From NCBI RefSeq assembly GCF_052425735.1, contig NC_135766.1, positions 27,962,001-28,026,000 of the forward strand: a stretch of DNA of 64,000 nt, read 5' to 3'. Of this stretch, positions 59,898-64,000 are shown piece after piece; the first letter of the stretch is position 1, and each line of letters opens with the position of its first letter. Origin of the DNA: Oculina patagonica (taxonomy: Eukaryota). The position numbers and the translations under genes are program-made. The notes beneath the pieces were generated by a model. That model made no database searches. It had not been told where the DNA came from and worked only from the letters and a program-made list of their open reading frames with translations.

Positions 59898-61150
59898 CTG
59901 AAATCAAACATTTTATTTTATTAGCACCTTAGTTTTAATAATTAAATCCATGTTCAGTAAAGTATATGTTTGGATTTGAAAATAGTGTAATAAATTGTAG
60001 TCAGGGGATGACATACGATGTAGTTTTTTTTTTTTTTTGTTTTTTTAAAAAATAATGTGTAAACGTTTGAAACAAAAGAAATGTGGCGCGAAACTCATGC
60101 GCGTGACAAGGACTTGTAAACCTCTGGGATGACAGCATGGTCGTTCCCAGAGTGCGGATCCTTAATGGACAACCAGGCTTCCAAAAAGAGTCGCTTGTGG
60201 TAATTAATATAGCCAGGATTTAAAAAGTGGGAGTCCAAAATTTTTATAAGGCCTGACTTTGTCCCCATAGGAGGGCCTGAGGAGCATGCAAGGTGTTTCT
60301 CTGCAGTAATGGGTGCAAAGGTATCTAAAGATTTCCAAATTTGCTAGAAAAAAAACTCAGTAAACAGTTATTCATATTAATTTTCTCTGAAAAGTGACCG
60401 TCCATACGACTCCTGGACTCCCACCTGGCTAATAGCCTGCTGCTATGTATCACATCTTTTATTTATAATCATTATCATTAATTAAAAAATGGCCAATAAC
60501 AAAATAAAGGGTAGCTAAAGGTTGTGTAGACTGTTTTGAGCCTCACACAACATAGTTATGAAGGCTTAAGCCTGATTCACACTGTCTTGTGAGATAAGTA
60601 TGGCCGTGAGTGGACAATCTGAGAATCACGCTAGGGTAAAGAGAGGCAATGTGAGAGTGTCTTACCCAAAAACACAACACAATGAACCCGGCTCCAGACT
60701 GGACCACACAAAATGTGGGTTCCAGTGCATTAACCATAAGGCCGCTGCATCTTCCCCCTTTTACTGGTAATTAAAACAAAAAAAAAAGGAAGCCTCGAGC
60801 TAAGTGGCCCACACTGCCAGAGCTTATCTTGGTATCGATAGCATTATCCAGCTAGAAATATTTCTACTCCCCGCTGGATGCGAGATGCTAGTCCATCGCA
60901 GGTACCCCCCCCCCCCCCCCGCAGCATTATTTTGTCGTTACCCACTCATACACCTGGGTAGAGAAAGGCACTATGAGAGCAAAGCGTCTTGCCCAGCAAC
61001 ACAACACAGTTACACCAGCTGGGGCTCAAACCCAGAACTTTCGATCTGGAGTCCTGCGTGCTAACCATCATAAGGCCACTGCACCTTCCCATCCCTTCTT
61101 TTACTGGTGACTAAAACAAACAAAAAAAAAACAATATTATATTTACATAC

Positions 61151-61592
61151 TAGCAACAATATTTTTGTGCTTTGCTCCTTGTAGATGGGTGTCCATTTGC
61201 GTCTTGGAATTCGCCGTTAAGCCACATGGTTCACAATAGAGTCCATTATTTTCAGAGCCGTTTGTCAATGAGAAAGGTAACATATTATTTCCAGTAGCAG
61301 CAACACAATGTGTTCCATTTTGTCTTTGTTGTGATGCAGGTGTTGAATGTATCTCGGTATTACTCCCTCCTACGCTTTGCATTTTAAGTTTGTGTTTTTG
61401 TCCTTGAAAATGCTGTACAGCTTGGGATTCAGAGTTGAATATTTTCTGACAGATATCGCACTTGAAATTCACACTGCCAAGTTGTTTTCTTGGTTCTTCT
61501 ACAGGAAGTGTTACTGGTGGTGGATTTGGAACCAGTTGTGGATGAATGGGACCAGTGCTGGATATCCCATGGTTGGTGGGATTCTGCAACAT
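61151..61592 (-). CDS. ZNF346/385-like exon (fingers 2 and 3)
   Basis: CDIC...HFQGQKH and CEPC...HLQGAKH; exon start at 61592 or 61583 (both in frame); A|gtatgt donor. Confidence 0.85.
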
Positions 61593-61681
61593 CTTCAAAA
61601 ACAATACATCATAATTATATTTTACTATTTTTAATATATCTCATTTTAGAAAATGTGTTACCAAACAGCACTACACATCAA

Positions 61682-62128
61682 AGGTCGGGACATACTAGGC
61701 GCAAGTCCCTGCAACATGTCGCGGAGACAAGTTGCTGCAACATGTGGCCTTGTGTGACATGGTGCATTATTGCGACAATCGTTGTCGCTGTGACAGAATT
61801 TTGTCCCTGCGTTCAGCCGCACAAATTCAAACCAGTTTGAATTCGTGTAACTGATCGCAGCAACAAAGTGAGCAAAAGCAGCATTGTCGCACCATGTGCA
61901 CAATTCTGCGACAAGTCGCTGCAACAAAATACAAATTAACCAATGAAAGAGCATGATGTATTTTCGCCATATTGAATTGGAAAACTAGTTCACATTTCCA
62001 GTCTTCGAAATTCACTGCGTGCCCCAATCAAGCACCTTGTCGCAGCGACATGTTTTGAAGCACTACACACGAAGCGCCTTGTTGCAGAGACCTGTCGCTG
62101 TGACTTGTCGCCTGGTGTGTCCCAACCT
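61682..62128. mobile_element. Harbinger-like MITE with TGTCGC subrepeats
   Basis: AGGTCGGGACATACTAGGCG / CGCCTGGTGTGTCCCAACCT. Confidence 0.7.
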
Positions 62129-63709
62129 TAAGTCCACTTTTTTTTCTTTATGTATCCTAACTGATATTATGATGATTTGAAATAAGGCCCCTGTCTCTAA
62201 TAAGCTCCCCCTCTATTTGGTGTTCAAAGAAATATGTCCCCAGGGACTTAATAGAGCTTTTACAGGATTACGGTCTTTACTCTATTTAAGCTCATACATC
62301 TACATGCAAACATGTAAAATTAATGTTTTGTGTTTGAGTATAATGTCTACGAAAAATTGCTTTTGACTAGCAGCTGTCTATTTTTGTTATCTATAACACC
62401 TTTAGTTACTAAAAAAAATATGATAGCCCAGGTTTTTTATCACTATTAAATCCTGTACACATGAAAACTACATCCAATTAGTACTTTTTATCAAAAAGTA
62501 ACATTACAATCGATGGGTGGTCATGTTATGGTATATGAGCGTATGGTTACACACTCAAGCACAAGGAAATAGTTTAATGAAGTCTTTGTAAATATGGTAA
62601 AATCAAATATAAAATGACTAATTAAATATTTTCAGGTCCTTTTAAAGTACAAACTATATTTGTCAGGAAAAAAACAAGACATAACAGATTTTATGCAAAT
62701 TATCAGCACAGGTCCACACCCAATTTGCAGATACACTGTGCTCATTATTTTTTTTCCTTTTTTTTTGCTTCACAAATTATTAATGAGTATGATAAAAGTA
62801 CATATAGTCAAGTAAACTATTTTGTCTGCTAGCATCCAAATGCCAAACGTACTGTATGAATGTGGATGTACTACAACACTATGCATAGATTGCCTGTGGG
62901 ACAGCTTGTAGCATTCAAGACATAATTCATAGTTTACTAGGGCACAAAAAACAGTACATCCTAAACACAATAGAAGCTACAAATTAATTAGGCTACACCT
63001 GCTGTCAAAAATACAGGATTGTCGATTATCTTGTCACCTAAGCAGACAAGTATTCTGCGTTCACGTAGACCAAATTAACTGCGAATTAGGTTTAAAAAAA
63101 TTCATTTTGCTTCCTTGTTTTGTTTTTAAAGAACTGTTAATAGTTAAATTTGATTACATACCATGAACCTGGAGACATTCTTTTTTAAATATTGATAACA
63201 ATGAATACAATAGCTAGGGGTTTGAAAACGATCTGGAAAATTCTATCACAATGTATATATGATTCTCATTTCATATTAGAAAAAAATGATACAGATGTAC
63301 AAGGTTATATCATCAGTTCTGTAAAAAAAATTGATTTCTCTTTATATGTACTACTTTGTTACAATTTTACAAAAAGTCTAAGGATGTGCAGTCTCATAAT
63401 TTTATAAACATAAATAAATGTAATTAGCTTAATTTAGCTAGTTTACTGTTTGACCGCGAATAGTCCCTAACCCGCGCGCCCCAATGACAGAAAAAAATAA
63501 TTGTCATAATTTTTAAACAAAATATAACCAGCAGAAGAGTGTAGGATATTAACAGAGGTATTTAGGATACCACTGATTATAGGGGGCATGTCTTGGGTTC
63601 GTTGAAACTTTAATAACAAGCAGGGTTGAACTTGAACGTTGAAAGGTGAAGGTCGTTCAACTCCGCCGTCAACATAAAATTTTGGAGCAACATTTCTAGC
63701 AAGCCTTAC

Positions 63710-63916
63710 CGTTCTAAATTTCTCCACCTTTTTAGCTTTGTTCAAATGGATTTTTCCTTGTCTGTGCTGTAAAGCCTGACTAACCGAATTCAGTTGAACG
63801 ATGCAGATTTCACAAAACAAATCTTGCCTCTGTTGCTCGGGCTGTTGTTGCGGCAGCCATGCCGGTTGCTTGAGGGGAGTTTCGTGTTGTTCACTGTCAG
63901 ATGACTTCCGCTTCAT
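63710..63916 (-). CDS. ZNF346/ZNF385-family zinc-finger protein, first coding exon in window (finger 1)
   Basis: FCEICIVQLNSVSQALQHRQGKIH; ACG|gtaagg donor; an acceptor 2 nt before the ATG suggests a further upstream exon. Confidence 0.85.
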
Positions 63917-64000
63917 TCCTACATTAGTACAGTTTATCTGCTGAGATGGAACGTTAGGCTGAGGTATGGCAGATGGTCCAAAAGCTTGATTAGGGTTAGT

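Overview
AT-rich, intron-containing animal genomic DNA; the repeat content suggests a stony coral (inference). I reconstructed three protein-coding genes by hand from GT-AG splice sites and reading-frame phase. (1) A CAMSAP/Patronin microtubule minus-end binding gene on the minus strand, ATG 50576 to stop 6033, with 19 coding exons. It encodes the CH domain, CC1, a charged coiled coil and the CKK domain. It also has a ~4.9-kb frame-preserving (phase 1-1) giant exon carrying about 14 full copies of a ~35-aa repeat I do not recognise. The predicted protein is ~3620 aa with this exon and ~1985 aa without it. (2) CREBL2 (bZIP, two exons, + strand, 51377-52489), head-to-head with CAMSAP. (3) A protein with four matrin/JAZ-type zinc fingers and an RGG tail (ZNF346/ZNF385 family, minus strand, 63916-57879). 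About 16.4 kb of CAMSAP (8 exons) is present twice, at ~7611-23996 and 24497-~40880. The two copies abut a 500-N gap exactly and are most likely two divergent haplotypes left uncollapsed by the assembler. Introns and intergenic DNA hold many MITEs with identifiable TIRs and TSDs, tRNA-derived SINEs, a ~106-bp minisatellite and Penelope-type fragments with hammerhead-ribozyme motifs.
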